A stretch of 64,000 nucleotides of DNA, taken from NCBI GenBank assembly GCA_965199755.1, contig CBDASZ010000002.1:96001-160000 (forward strand), read 5' to 3'. Origin of the DNA: an uncultured candidatus Porisulfidus sp. (GTDB lineage Bacteria > Pseudomonadota > Gammaproteobacteria > Poriferisulfidales > Poriferisulfidaceae). Positions within the stretch are counted from its first letter, which is position 1. Every line of letters begins with the position of its first letter. Of this stretch, positions 23,912 to 34,503 are shown piece after piece. The notes beneath the pieces are model-generated. The model made no database searches and had not been told where the DNA came from. It saw only the letters and a list, made by a program, of their open reading frames with translations. Position numbers and translations under genes: made by a program.

Positions 23912-25215
23912 ACCGGCATTCCACCGAGTTCCACCAGCATCAGACCCGTCAGCGCACACACCACCATCACCGGCACCACCGGTACTTTCCCGCCAGACAA
24001 CGCAAGCAGCGCCAGACCGGTGAGCAACGCCATATTCCAGTCCGGGGCCGCTTCCCAGCCGCTGGTCCAGATCACGTGACCGGCGAATAACACACCCAGA
24101 TTCAGCATCACGCCGACCACTGCCGCAGTAATGGCTGTCAGTGGTGCGGTGAAGGCCGCGCGATGGCGGGTGCGCTCGATGTATGGCGCACCAATAAAGA
24201 TAAACAGAAAGGATGGCAAAAATGTGTACCAGGTCGCCACCAGCGCCGCCGCAATCGCACTGCCAACATACTGGTTGGCTCCCCACCAAGCACCATCCCA
24301 ACCGCCGACAAAGCCCACAAAGGAATTCACCATGACCAGTGGTCCGGGAATCAGTTCGCGTAGCGCCAGACCGTCGAGCATTTGCGCAGCGGTGATCCAC
24401 TGAAACTGCTCCACCGCGCTTTGATATACATACGGCAGCACCGCGTAAGCGCCGCCGAAAGACAGCAATGCCGCCTTGGTGAAGAATACGGCCATCTCCG
24501 CCAGAGTACCACTGGTATCAGTCACGTAAACCAGCGCATAGACCAAGCCCCACAAACCCAGACCTGCGAGCGCGAGTCTAATCACTTGCGCGCGGAGCAA
24601 CACCACTGTCTGCTCGCTGCCCTCCTCGCCAGACTCTGCTGATGAGGGTGTCTCAATCCAGCCCGGTGCCATGCGGTACAGCACATAGCCAATCACGCCC
24701 GCCCCCAGAATGATCAGTGGAAAAGGCAACTGCAGCACGAACAGACCAGTGAAAGCGGCCAACATGATGCCCCACAGCACCACCGAGCGCAGCACGCGGG
24801 AGCCGATTCTCCATATCGCGTAGAGGATCACCGCCGTAACCGCCGGCTTGACGCCGTACATCAGGGCCGCGACCCAGTGAATCTCCCCAAACGCAAGATA
24901 CAGCCACGCCAATGCGATGAGCATCAACAGCGACGGGGCCACAAACAAAATACCGGCAATCAGCCCGCCCAGACGGCCATGCAGCAACCAACCGATGTAG
25001 GTGGCCAGCTGCTGGGCTTCCGGTCCCGGCAACAGCATGGTGTAGTTGAGCGCGTGCAGGAATCGTTTCTCTTCAATCCAGCGCAATCGCTCCACCAGTT
25101 CCAGGTGCATGATGCCGATCGCACCACCCGGCCCGCCGAAACTGATCAAACCCAGACGCAGCCAATAGCGCATCGCTGCACGAAGGCTCAAGGGGGCGGG
25201 TGAGGGGGTATTCAT
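23908..25215 (-). CDS. chrA: Chromate ion transporter (CHR family)
   Basis: SFGGP, LPGPEAQQLA, FGGAYAVLP and PGPL motifs. Confidence 0.92.
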   Translation of the reverse strand: MNTPSPAPLSLRAAMRYWLRLGLISFGGPGGAIGIMHLELVERLRWIEEKRFLHALNYTMLLPGPEAQQLATYIGWLLHGRLGGLIAGILFVAPSLLMLIALAWLYLAFGEIHWVAALMYGVKPAVTAVILYAIWRIGSRVLRSVVLWGIMLAAFTGLFVLQLPFPLIILGAGVIGYVLYRMAPGWIETPSSAESGEEGSEQTVVLLRAQVIRLALAGLGLWGLVYALVYVTDTSGTLAEMAVFFTKAALLSFGGAYAVLPYVYQSAVEQFQWITAAQMLDGLALRELIPGPLVMVNSFVGFVGGWDGAWWGANQYVGSAIAAALVATWYTFLPSFLFIFIGAPYIERTRHRAAFTAPLTAITAAVVGVMLNLGVLFAGHVIWTSGWEAAPDWNMALLTGLALLALSGGKVPVVPVMVVCALTGLMLVELGGMPV

Positions 25216-25254
25216 CGGTTACAATTTCAGATATCAACAATACAGGAGGTTTTT

Positions 25255-25575
25255 ATGTCAGATAACATCACTTCACGCTCCGGCGCTGTCGTCGGTCAAT
25301 GGGACGGAAAAGACGTGGCGGATCTGCAAAAAGAACTGGCGCGCATCAAGCAGGAAGTTCCTGGCGATCGCGTGCAGCCGGAAGGCGTGCCGCATCAGTA
25401 CCAGTTCCCGGATGACCTGAAGGGCTTTACGGCCTATATTCTGTGGGGCTGCGATCCTCAGGGCGTCTGTCTGGTCGGCTCGGGTGCCAATCGCACCGAG
25501 ACGGTGGAATCGATTCGCGAGTTTTACGCCAATCAGGTCGCCAAGGACGCGATGGCGCGTCACGAAGATTCGTAG
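25255..25575 (+). CDS. Hypothetical protein (106 aa)
   Basis: Strong RBS (AGGAGG) and host-like codon usage; no family recognised. Confidence 0.75.
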   Translation: MSDNITSRSGAVVGQWDGKDVADLQKELARIKQEVPGDRVQPEGVPHQYQFPDDLKGFTAYILWGCDPQGVCLVGSGANRTETVESIREFYANQVAKDAMARHEDS

Positions 25576-25595
25576 ACACTGCCGCGACACGCGGC

Positions 25596-25979
25596 CTAGT
25601 TGAGTTGGTCGGAAGGGTTGGCGAGCCATCCCGGAATAGTGAACTCTTGCTCGACTTCAACTTCGAGCGTCTCACTCAACGGCAGTTCACCCTCCTCAAT
25701 CAGCGGCAGTAACTGCTCGCCGACCTGCAACACAATCAGCAAGCCCTGCTGATTCGGATCACTTGCTTCCAGACTGGCGCTCGCATCCTGCAGTTTCTTC
25801 AGATAGGAGGCGAACTCCTTGACCTGCTCTGCCAGTTCCAGTTTCTGGAACTCTTCTGTGAATGAAAACTGCAGGCTAAAGCCGGAAGACTCCTCAGAAG
25901 TCTCCGTACTGATTCGCAGGGGGCCTTCTATAATCACTTTCACACCATGCGGTAGTATTGTACCGACTGCCCGGCGCAT
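25596..25979 (-). CDS. Hypothetical acidic protein
   Basis: Protein-like 127-aa ORF filling the gap before cca; start uncertain. Confidence 0.65.
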   Translation of the reverse strand: MRRAVGTILPHGVKVIIEGPLRISTETSEESSGFSLQFSFTEEFQKLELAEQVKEFASYLKKLQDASASLEASDPNQQGLLIVLQVGEQLLPLIEEGELPLSETLEVEVEQEFTIPGWLANPSDQLN

Positions 25980-26012
25980 ACTTATGCACTTTCTGGATCA
26001 CTCCCAACTCTC

Positions 26013-27104
26013 ATGGACACCTATCTGGTAGGCGGCGCAGTTCGAGACCGTCTGCTGGGGCTGCCGGTGCGCGAGCGCGACTGGGTCGTGGTCGGCGCAA
26101 CACCACAAGAACTGCAAGATCAGGGCTACCGCCCGGTCGGGCGCGAGTTTCCGGTTTTTCTGCACCCGGAGACCCACGAGGAATATGCCTTGGCGCGCAC
26201 CGAGCGCAAGACCGCGCCCGGTCATCAGGGCTTTCAGTTCAACACCAATCCCACAGTCACTCTGGAGCAAGACCTGCTGCGTCGCGATCTGACCATCAAT
26301 GCGATCGCGCAGGGTGATGACGGTACCCTGATTGATCCGTACGGCGGCCAGCGTGACCTCGAAGCGCGGCTGTTGCGACATGTCTCATCAGCCTTCGGCG
26401 AGGATCCATTGCGCGTGTTGCGCGTCGCACGTTTCGCCGCGCGTCTGCACTCCTGGGGCTTTCAAATCGCTCCTGATACACAAGATCTGATGCGTGATAT
26501 GGTGCATCGGCGAGAGTTGGACGCACTTAGCGCCGAGCGCGTGTTTGCAGAATTGCGCCGCGCACTGATGGAGCCGAACCCTGAGCGCTTTGTCAGCACC
26601 CTGCGAGACTGTAATGCCTGGTCTGTGGTCTTTGCACTACTTCCTGATTCTCAGGCGGTTGAAGTCATCCTGCGCCGGGCGGCCGATGCCGGACTGTCGG
26701 AAGTCGCGCGCTTTGCCTGTATAGCCTGGTACAGCGACGATGTCGCTGCCTTGTGCGCCTCTTTGCGTGTTCCTCGTGCCTGGACACAGTTGAGTACGTT
26801 ACTTGCGGATCAATATGACACTTGGGCCGCACTGGACGCCGGTGATGCCACCGCCATGCTGCACCTGATTGAGTCCGCCGACGGCCTTCGCAAACCGGAA
26901 CGATTCGATGAGTTCCGCGCCGCCGCGCGTGTCCTCGCCGACAATGCGCCTGTGGCAGATACCACTTTGGCGCGCATTCATGCCGCCGTGCTCAACTGCG
27001 ATGTGCGCCCGGCAACCGAACAACAGGATGGGCGCTCGGTGCAAGAGCGCGTGTTTGAGGCGCGGCTCAATGCCGCGCAGGATGCCTTAGGCAAACACGA
27101 CTAG
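26013..27104 (+). CDS. cca: CCA tRNA nucleotidyltransferase (short form)
   Basis: YLVGGAVRD, EYALARTERK, RRDLTINA and EDPLRVLRVARF motifs; no HD motif evident. Confidence 0.93.
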   Translation: MDTYLVGGAVRDRLLGLPVRERDWVVVGATPQELQDQGYRPVGREFPVFLHPETHEEYALARTERKTAPGHQGFQFNTNPTVTLEQDLLRRDLTINAIAQGDDGTLIDPYGGQRDLEARLLRHVSSAFGEDPLRVLRVARFAARLHSWGFQIAPDTQDLMRDMVHRRELDALSAERVFAELRRALMEPNPERFVSTLRDCNAWSVVFALLPDSQAVEVILRRAADAGLSEVARFACIAWYSDDVAALCASLRVPRAWTQLSTLLADQYDTWAALDAGDATAMLHLIESADGLRKPERFDEFRAAARVLADNAPVADTTLARIHAAVLNCDVRPATEQQDGRSVQERVFEARLNAAQDALGKHD

Positions 27105-27881
27105 GATCACAACACCCAGCGCGAGACGGTACAGCACAAACGGCAGCATCCCAATGCGCTCAATCAGGCGCAGGAAGAAGTGAATGCACAGCCATGCCGA
27201 GCCCCCAGCCATCACAGCCCCGGAGAACAAGGCCGCCCAATCCGCAGGTTGCGGCGTCTGCAGTGTACTGTTCAGCAGCAGCGCACCGGCTCCGGCGATC
27301 GTCGGAATAGCCAGCAGGAACGCGATGTGCGCTGCCGCTGTTCTACACAGCCCCAAGGCCAGTGCCATCGTCATCACAATGCCCGCGCGCGACACGCCGG
27401 GGATGACTGCCAGACACTGCGCGGCACCGATAAAAAGTGCGTCACTCATACGCAACTGCTGCTCGGTGCGCACTCGCGACCCTGACACATCCGCCAGCCA
27501 CAACAGCACCCCGAAACCCAACGTTGTCGCCGCAATCACCGACGCACTGCGCAGCGTCTCGGATGCCACCGCATGCGTATAAGCTCCGGCGATCAGAATG
27601 GGCAGCGTGGCGACAATTAGCCACAGCGCCATCTGCCGCGCTTGTTGAGATTCCAGGTTATCTGCACGCAGGGTGGCGCACAGCATTGCCACAAGTTCGC
27701 GGCGGAAGTAGCCCACCATTGCCACCAACGTGCCGACGTGTACAGCCACGTCGAAGGCTTGACCCTGATCTTGCCAGCCGAACAGAATTGGTGCCAGAAT
27801 CAGATGCGCGGAACTGGAGATCGGCAAGAACTCCGTCAGTCCCTGCACCAGAGCGAGCACCAAAACTTCGAGCCAATTCAT
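27087..27881 (-). CDS. uppP: Undecaprenyl-diphosphatase
   Basis: QGLTEFLPISSSAH and PGVSRAG motifs. Confidence 0.96.
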   Translation of the reverse strand: MNWLEVLVLALVQGLTEFLPISSSAHLILAPILFGWQDQGQAFDVAVHVGTLVAMVGYFRRELVAMLCATLRADNLESQQARQMALWLIVATLPILIAGAYTHAVASETLRSASVIAATTLGFGVLLWLADVSGSRVRTEQQLRMSDALFIGAAQCLAVIPGVSRAGIVMTMALALGLCRTAAAHIAFLLAIPTIAGAGALLLNSTLQTPQPADWAALFSGAVMAGGSAWLCIHFFLRLIERIGMLPFVLYRLALGVVILVVFA

Positions 27882-29015
27882 CTACAGACGATCCCGGTGA
27901 TCCGGGCATATAGTATGCGGCAATTCAAGCGCCACATCACGCCCCAGCGCTAGCACGCGAAACCGGTCGCCCATACGCTCCGGGTGCGTTAGCATCTCAA
28001 TCTGCCGATGTTGCGCCATGCGGGCTTCGATATCAGTGGATTCATCTATCATCTCCAGCAAACCGTATTCCAGCAGAAATCCAGCCTGCGTGGTGAACAT
28101 CAGTGCATCGAAATGTGCCGCCGTCGCCAGCTCGGCAATCTTGGTGAAGTCCACATCCACACTGATGTCCTGACGCCCCGGCTCCTGAAATGGATCGGCG
28201 TGGCTCTGGTGCCGCGTATGACACTGCAAGGTGCCGGTGCTGCGTTGCGGATGGTAATACTCCCAGCGCGGATAGCCATAATCCACAATCAGCACCACCC
28301 CGCGGCGCAATCGGGCGTCCAGTTCCGTCAGCCAGTTTGCATAGACCTCGTGCCGCCACTCCGAACAATACGGAGGTGCCAGCGGTTCAGCCAGACTCTC
28401 TTGAATGTGCGCCACTGCGGCTGATGCTTGCGCGGACTCTTGCTCTGTCCAGCACAAACTCGCGTCATCCTCCGTAATGTCCACCATCCGTTCGCGCACG
28501 CCATCTGCAGTGAGCGCAAAACTGCGCGCCGGCAAGGCATCCAGAAATTCGTTGGCCAGCACGACGCCGCAAAAGTCTTCCGGCATCACCGCTCGCGCCT
28601 GCTCATCAGAGATCATCTGTCTGCGCGCGGCCGCGCGCTCCACGCACACATAGGTCTCCAGTTGCGCACCGAGCACACGCTGGAGATCACGCGCCAGCTG
28701 CCCGTCTCCCACGCCATATTCGACGATGCCGCCACCGGTCTCGGTGAGCACCAGCTCGCAAAATCGCGCCATCACCCGTGCGAAGAAATCTCCCAACCCC
28801 GGTGCCGTCACAAAATCTCCTTCGGCACCAAACACCTCCTCACAACTGGCGTAATAGCCAAGTCCCGGCGTGTAAAGCGCCTGCTCCATATACTGATCAA
28901 AGCGCATCGGACCCTGCTGGCGAATCTGCTCCAACAACTGTGCCAGCAGCGCATTGGCCGCGGGTATGGCCCGCGGTTGCTGTTCAGGGGGAGAGGTCAT
29001 CGCGACACGCTGCAT
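27882..29015 (-). CDS. SAM-dependent methyltransferase, MidA/NDUFAF7 family
   Basis: YMEQALY.PGLGYY, GDFVTAP, ANEFLDALP and DYGY motifs. Confidence 0.9.
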   Translation of the reverse strand: MQRVAMTSPPEQQPRAIPAANALLAQLLEQIRQQGPMRFDQYMEQALYTPGLGYYASCEEVFGAEGDFVTAPGLGDFFARVMARFCELVLTETGGGIVEYGVGDGQLARDLQRVLGAQLETYVCVERAAARRQMISDEQARAVMPEDFCGVVLANEFLDALPARSFALTADGVRERMVDITEDDASLCWTEQESAQASAAVAHIQESLAEPLAPPYCSEWRHEVYANWLTELDARLRRGVVLIVDYGYPRWEYYHPQRSTGTLQCHTRHQSHADPFQEPGRQDISVDVDFTKIAELATAAHFDALMFTTQAGFLLEYGLLEMIDESTDIEARMAQHRQIEMLTHPERMGDRFRVLALGRDVALELPHTICPDHRDRL

Positions 29016-29044
29016 CAGGGCAAGCCCTATACTATCAGGCCATT

Positions 29045-29803
29045 ATGAGTGCTTCCTCGCTGTCCGGGCGCACCATCCTGATCACCGGTGCCGCACGGCG
29101 ACTCGGTGCGGTGATGGCCCAGCACTTGCATCAGGCCGGTGCCAACATCGTCCTGCACTGCCGCCGCTCCGTTGCCGAAGCGCACGAGCTGGCGGGGCAG
29201 TTGCAAACGGAGCGACCGGATTCGGTGACTGTAATCACCGCAGATCTGTCGGAAGTGCAAAGTATTTTCTCCGCCATGGGCGCGGCCTTAAAAGCCTTCG
29301 GACAACTCGACGCACTCATCAACAACGCCTCGCTGTTTGAGCAGGGAAGTCTGGAGCCTGCGGATATTGAGCAGTGGGAGCAACTGCAGGCAGCTAATGT
29401 CCGCGCGCCATGGCTGTTGGCCGCGGCCGCCGCACCGCACCTACGCAAGACCCAAGGCTGCATCCTCAATATCCTTGATGTGTATGCTGAACGTCCCCTG
29501 CCCGGCTATCCGGTCTACAGCGCCACGCAAAGCGCCTTGGCCGGACTGACCCGCGCTCTGGCTCTGGAGTTGGCGCCCGACGTGCGGGTCAACGCCATTG
29601 CTCCTGGTGCCATGCTGTGGCCTGAGGAAGAAGATGGTCGGGATCGGCAGGCGATTATTGACAGTACCGCGCTGAAGCGTATAGGAAGCCCGGAAGACAT
29701 TGCGCGGGCCGCGGTGTATTTGATCCGGGATGCCCGCTACACCACCGGTGATGTGCTAACTGTCGACGGCGGACGACGCCTCGGAATCAGCGCCTGGCAA
29801 TAG
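29045..29803 (+). CDS. folM: Pteridine reductase (FolM/PTR1-like SDR)
   Basis: TGAARRLG, LINNAS, Y(SAT)Q and VNAIAPG motifs; adjacent to folK/folB. Confidence 0.82.
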   Translation: MSASSLSGRTILITGAARRLGAVMAQHLHQAGANIVLHCRRSVAEAHELAGQLQTERPDSVTVITADLSEVQSIFSAMGAALKAFGQLDALINNASLFEQGSLEPADIEQWEQLQAANVRAPWLLAAAAAPHLRKTQGCILNILDVYAERPLPGYPVYSATQSALAGLTRALALELAPDVRVNAIAPGAMLWPEEEDGRDRQAIIDSTALKRIGSPEDIARAAVYLIRDARYTTGDVLTVDGGRRLGISAWQ

Positions 29804-30280
29804 CACTTCACGCAACTGCGATTCGTTCGCTTCGCGCCAGCGATCCCAGAGTTCAGAAATCGGCACCTCCAGCAGCGGGTGGTGCAAATCCCCGCATATC
29901 TCCACCAGCGGTGCCAGTACAAACTCATGCTCGCAAATCTCCGTGCGCGGCAGCGACAGTACGCCGTCATCCACCACCCAATCGTCGTACAGCAGAATAT
30001 CCAGATCCAGTGTGCGCGAGACGAAGGCATCCGCACCGCGAACGCGGCCAAGCGAATCCTCAATACGGCGCAACTGCTCGTTGATCTCGTGCGGGGTCTC
30101 TTCGCTGTCGAAGGCGACCACCATGTTGTAGAAGTCCGGCCCCTCGAAACCGAGCGCCGGCGATTCATATAGCGTGGAGCGCTGCAGGGGTCCGTATTGG
30201 GACTCCAATAACATCAATGCTTGTGAAACACAGCGTTCCTTGCCAAGATTGCTGCCAATGCTGACAAATACTCGCGCCAT
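29756..30280 (-). CDS. folK: 2-amino-4-hydroxy-6-hydroxymethyldihydropteridine diphosphokinase
   Basis: VSIGSN, RTLDLDILLY and FVLAPL motifs. Confidence 0.94.
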   Translation of the reverse strand: MARVFVSIGSNLGKERCVSQALMLLESQYGPLQRSTLYESPALGFEGPDFYNMVVAFDSEETPHEINEQLRRIEDSLGRVRGADAFVSRTLDLDILLYDDWVVDDGVLSLPRTEICEHEFVLAPLVEICGDLHHPLLEVPISELWDRWREANESQLREVLLPGADSEASSAVDS

Positions 30281-30630
30281 TATTCGCCTCGTTCGATCAC
30301 GACACCCACTTCCTGGGCCGTGCGAACCGCGAACGGCTTGGCCATCCGAAGGCGCAGCCAACTCACCGCAAACTCTTCGCGAATCAACTCGGCCAGGGCT
30401 TCGGCCAGGGATTCAACCAGACGGTATTCGCTCGCTTCAATGAACTCCACGACACGCTGACTGATCGCCTTGTAATCAACCGTGTCTTCCAGTGCGTCAC
30501 TTTGGGCCGCATGCGCCACATCGGCGCGCAATTCGAGATCCACCACTAATTGCTGGCGAATATGTCGTTCCCACTCGAACACGCCCACGGTGGCCCGCGC
30601 CTTCAGGCCCTTGATGAAAACAATATCCAT
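30280..30630 (-). CDS. folB: Dihydroneopterin aldolase
   Basis: GVFEWER...Q, VDY, LVESLAE and KP..VGV.IER motifs. Confidence 0.95.
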   Translation of the reverse strand: MDIVFIKGLKARATVGVFEWERHIRQQLVVDLELRADVAHAAQSDALEDTVDYKAISQRVVEFIEASEYRLVESLAEALAELIREEFAVSWLRLRMAKPFAVRTAQEVGVVIERGE

Positions 30631-30692
30631 AGCAGAGGAATTATAGAGGGCACGTGTTACAGGGCCGTGCAGTAAAATGACGCGCCCGATGT

Positions 30693-30780
<88 letters not shown>

Positions 30781-30816
30781 GGCATCTCGGGCAAACCCTC
30801 CAACCACTTGCGCGGC

Positions 30817-32157
30817 TTATACGCCGGCAATTTGCATGCGATCAATGAGCACAGCTCCGGTGTGAATCGCACCACGTCGATCCTGTTCTGTACCTACCGC
30901 CGTCACGCCTCGCAACATGTCCTGCAGGCGGCCCGCAATGGTGATCTCATTCACCGGATACGCCACTTCTCCTTCCTCAATCCAGAACCCGGCCGCGCCG
31001 CGCGAGTAGTCTCCGGTCACCGTGTTGACGCCCTGTCCTAGCAATTCCGTCACCACCAGCCCTTGGTGCATTTGCGCCAGCAAATCATTCCAGGATTGTT
31101 CTTTCCCCTTCATCTCTAGACTTAGGTTGCGTACGCCACCCCCATTGCCGGTCGGCTCGAGATTCAGGCGACGCGCCGAATAATGACTCAAAAACCAGCC
31201 GCGCAACACCCCGTCTTCCACTACTACCCGCTCTGAAGTCGCAATCCCGTCTGCGTCATAAGGCGCACTCGCCGGCCCGCCGGGCAAGCGAGGACGCTCC
31301 ATCAAACCAATCCCGTCAGCCCATACCGGCTGATCCATCTTCCCCAGCAGGAATGAGGCATCCTGATACAGCGCACTGCCACTGGCGGCCGCGACAAAAT
31401 GTCCGACTAGATGTCGCGCCACTGGTGCCTCGAACAACACCGGTGCGGTTTGCGTCTGCAGGGATCGCGCTCCGAGTCGCTGCGTCGCACGTGCCGCGGC
31501 ATGCTCGCCTATGGCTTGCGGTGAATCCAGTTTGCGGCCATCGCGATGGCTACTGTGCCAGTAATCCCGCTCCTGCTCCCTGTCCTCGTCAGCTGCCACA
31601 ACACAACAGCCCAAGTCCGCACTGCTACTGCGATAGCCTCCCATGAATCCGTTGCTGTTGGCCAGCAACTTCATGCCTGCGTAATGACTGAGGTCGGCAC
31701 CTTCGGAATTGCGAATGCGCGCATCCGCGCGGGCGGCGTCCTCACATTCCAAGGCCAGTTGCGCGGCCTCTTCGTTGTTGATCTCCCACGGATGAAACAG
31801 GTCCAGGTCCGGATAATCAAAGGCCAGCAATGATTCCTCCGGCAACCCGTGACAAGGATCCTCTTCTGTGTGTCGTGCAATCTGGCAGGCTTCCTCCACC
31901 GTGCGCCGCACTGACTCCTCGCGCAGATCGGTACTTGACGCATGCCCGCGACATGTTCCGAAATAAGCAGTAACCCCCAGTCCCTGATCGCGTGCCCGCT
32001 CTACTGTCTCCAGTTCTCCGAGACGCACTGTGACCGTTGTGCCTTCACCGCGGCTGATCGAGACCTGAGCGCCGCTGGCACCCAACTGTCGGGCTTGCTC
32101 CAGTACGCTTTGCGCGCAGTCGCGAAGATCCGCGTCAACGTCTATTTCAGCCGGCAT
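30817..32157 (-). CDS. pmbA: Metalloprotease PmbA/TldE
   Basis: VRLGELETVE, TGNGGG and GQGVNTVTGDYSRGAAGFWIE motifs; downstream of tldD. Confidence 0.95.
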   Translation of the reverse strand: MPAEIDVDADLRDCAQSVLEQARQLGASGAQVSISRGEGTTVTVRLGELETVERARDQGLGVTAYFGTCRGHASSTDLREESVRRTVEEACQIARHTEEDPCHGLPEESLLAFDYPDLDLFHPWEINNEEAAQLALECEDAARADARIRNSEGADLSHYAGMKLLANSNGFMGGYRSSSADLGCCVVAADEDREQERDYWHSSHRDGRKLDSPQAIGEHAAARATQRLGARSLQTQTAPVLFEAPVARHLVGHFVAAASGSALYQDASFLLGKMDQPVWADGIGLMERPRLPGGPASAPYDADGIATSERVVVEDGVLRGWFLSHYSARRLNLEPTGNGGGVRNLSLEMKGKEQSWNDLLAQMHQGLVVTELLGQGVNTVTGDYSRGAAGFWIEEGEVAYPVNEITIAGRLQDMLRGVTAVGTEQDRRGAIHTGAVLIDRMQIAGV

Positions 32158-33607
32158 ACAACTGGGTTCCTCCAACCGTCAGGCCGTCCACCCGCAAGGT
32201 CGGTTGTCCGACCCCGACCGGAACCTGCTGTCCATCCTTGCCGCAAGTGCCAACACCTTTGTCTAACTTCAGATCGTTTCCGACCATGCTGACGCGACGC
32301 AACACATCAGGGCCATCACCAATGAGTGTCGCGCCCTTGACCGGCTCAGCCACTTTGCCGTCGCGGATGCGATAAGCCTCGGAAGCGGAGAACACAAACT
32401 TGCCGGAGGTGATGTCTACCTGTCCGCCGCTAAATCCAACCGCATACAGGCCCTGGTCGACTGAAGCCAGAATTTCCTCCGGGTCATACTTGCCCGGCTG
32501 CATGTAGGTATTGGTCATACGCGGCATCGGCCGGTGAGCGTAAGACTCGCGGCGGCCATTGCCAGTCGATTCAGTCTGGTGCAAGCGTGCGTTGTGCCGG
32601 TCGTACATAAAACCGCGCAAGATACCGTCTTCAATTAACACCGTGTTCTGGGTCGGCGTACCCTCATCGTCGATGCGCAGGGAACCGCGACGGTCCAGCA
32701 GCGTACCGTTGTCAACCACTGTCACGCCCTCGCTCGCCACACGCTGTCCCATCAGATTAGTGAAGGCAGATGTTCCTTTGCGAATCGCATCTCCCTCCAA
32801 CCCGTGTCCGACCGCCTCATGCAGTAGCACACCCGGCCAGCCGCAACCCAGAACGACTGTCATGGAACCGGCCGGAGCCTCTTTGGACTCAAGATTCAGC
32901 AATGCGGTGCGCACCGCTTCGCGCGCAAAATTCTCTGCTGCGCCTTCGTCGAGCAGACGGCTGTAACCATAGCGTCCGCCTCCTCCCGCCTGACCCATCT
33001 CGCGGCGATCGCCGCGTTCCGCCAGCACCCCGACACTCAGCCGCACCAGAGGGCGAATATCGGTCTGATACACCCCGTCACTTGAAGCGACCAAAACCAC
33101 TTCGTAGGTGGAAGCCAGCGTGGCAGTGACTTTTCTGACTTCCGGTGCCGTCGCGCAGGCGATCCGGTCTACTTCACGCAACACTTCAAGTTTGCGATCC
33201 ATGTCAAGGTCGGCCATCGGATTGTCATAGGCGCACACAGCCGGCGGTGAACTCGCTTTGCTGTGTGGCAACTGCAATTCGCCGTCAGAGTGCGCAATGG
33301 CGCGCGCGGTACGCGCGGCTTCCAGCAACTGCATCGCATTGAGCTCGTCGGAATATGCAAAGCCTGTCTTCTCCCCGGCAATCACGCGCACCCCCGCGCC
33401 TTGATCCAGAGAAAACGCCGCATCACGCACCCGGCCGTCCTCCAGCATCAGCATTTCATGCTGCTGATATTGCAGATAGATGTCCGCGTAGTCGCAGGCT
33501 CTCGACCAAGCGCTGCCCAAAGTCTGATACAGAATCTGGGACGTGAGTTCGCCCGGTTCCAACAAGTACTGGTGCGCCGCGTTTTGCGTCAGATCTTCAT
33601 GCGGCAT
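32147..33607 (-). CDS. tldD: Metalloprotease TldD
   Basis: HEAVGHGLEGD, PRMTNTY and CGKDGQ motifs. Confidence 0.97.
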   Translation of the reverse strand: MPHEDLTQNAAHQYLLEPGELTSQILYQTLGSAWSRACDYADIYLQYQQHEMLMLEDGRVRDAAFSLDQGAGVRVIAGEKTGFAYSDELNAMQLLEAARTARAIAHSDGELQLPHSKASSPPAVCAYDNPMADLDMDRKLEVLREVDRIACATAPEVRKVTATLASTYEVVLVASSDGVYQTDIRPLVRLSVGVLAERGDRREMGQAGGGGRYGYSRLLDEGAAENFAREAVRTALLNLESKEAPAGSMTVVLGCGWPGVLLHEAVGHGLEGDAIRKGTSAFTNLMGQRVASEGVTVVDNGTLLDRRGSLRIDDEGTPTQNTVLIEDGILRGFMYDRHNARLHQTESTGNGRRESYAHRPMPRMTNTYMQPGKYDPEEILASVDQGLYAVGFSGGQVDITSGKFVFSASEAYRIRDGKVAEPVKGATLIGDGPDVLRRVSMVGNDLKLDKGVGTCGKDGQQVPVGVGQPTLRVDGLTVGGTQLYAG

Positions 33608-34416
33608 TCCAGTCTCCGATTATCTGTGCAGGGAAAGTTGGTGCGAACCTCCCGAAGCAGTTGACGATCCAGCATCGCCGTAACGACACCGGGGCTATGC
33701 GGGCGCTGGCCCTTGATAGTGCCCCAAGGATCGATAATCATGGAATGCCCGTAGGTTTCGCGACCATTGACATGAAAGCCGCCTTGCCCGCTGGCAATCA
33801 GATAAACCAGGTTTTCAATCGCGCGGGCACGCAACAGGGATTCCCAATGCGCTCGTCCGGTCAGCGCCGTAAATGCGGCAGGTAACGTGATGATTTCAGC
33901 TCCCTGATCCAGCAAGGCGCGAAACAGTTCGGGAAAACGCAGGTCGTAACAGACCGTCAGACCCAAGTGTCCGAATGGCGTCTCCGCCACCACCGGCTCA
34001 CTACCACGGTGAATGGTGGCGGATTCGTTGTATTTCTCACCACTGGCGACCAGTGTGACATCGAACAGATGAATTTTGTCATAGCGGGCACGCAGTTCAC
34101 CACGATCGTCATACAGCATGCAGGCCGCCGCCATCTTGTCCGGCACCTCGCAATGCAACGGAATGGTGCCAGCCACCATCCAGATGCCGTGACGCCGACA
34201 TTGTTTGCGTACAAAGTCCTGAATCGGCCCGTCTCCAGGCTGCTCGCGATACTGCAGCACATCCTCATCCCGCATGCCCATCGCGGCGAAATTCTCCGGC
34301 AGCACGACCAGACGCGCACCCTGCTTGCTGGCCTGCTCAATCCAGCGGGACGCTTCGAACAGGTTGGCTTCCCGGTTGGGGCCGGAGGCCATCTGAATCG
34401 CTGACACTTTATCCAT
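33589..34416 (-). CDS. Carbon-nitrogen hydrolase (Nit1/deaminated glutathione amidase-like)
   Basis: LPEN, YDKIHLFD, VCYDLRFPE and RARAIEN catalytic triad motifs. Confidence 0.93.
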   Translation of the reverse strand: MDKVSAIQMASGPNREANLFEASRWIEQASKQGARLVVLPENFAAMGMRDEDVLQYREQPGDGPIQDFVRKQCRRHGIWMVAGTIPLHCEVPDKMAAACMLYDDRGELRARYDKIHLFDVTLVASGEKYNESATIHRGSEPVVAETPFGHLGLTVCYDLRFPELFRALLDQGAEIITLPAAFTALTGRAHWESLLRARAIENLVYLIASGQGGFHVNGRETYGHSMIIDPWGTIKGQRPHSPGVVTAMLDRQLLREVRTNFPCTDNRRLECRMKI

Positions 34417-34503
34417 GACTGGGCCTGTTGGATGGGCAGAAAGGTTTGGGGACTACTATTTTAGAGAATCGGCATTCGCTCCTGTATTTCGCATTGGATT
34501 TGG

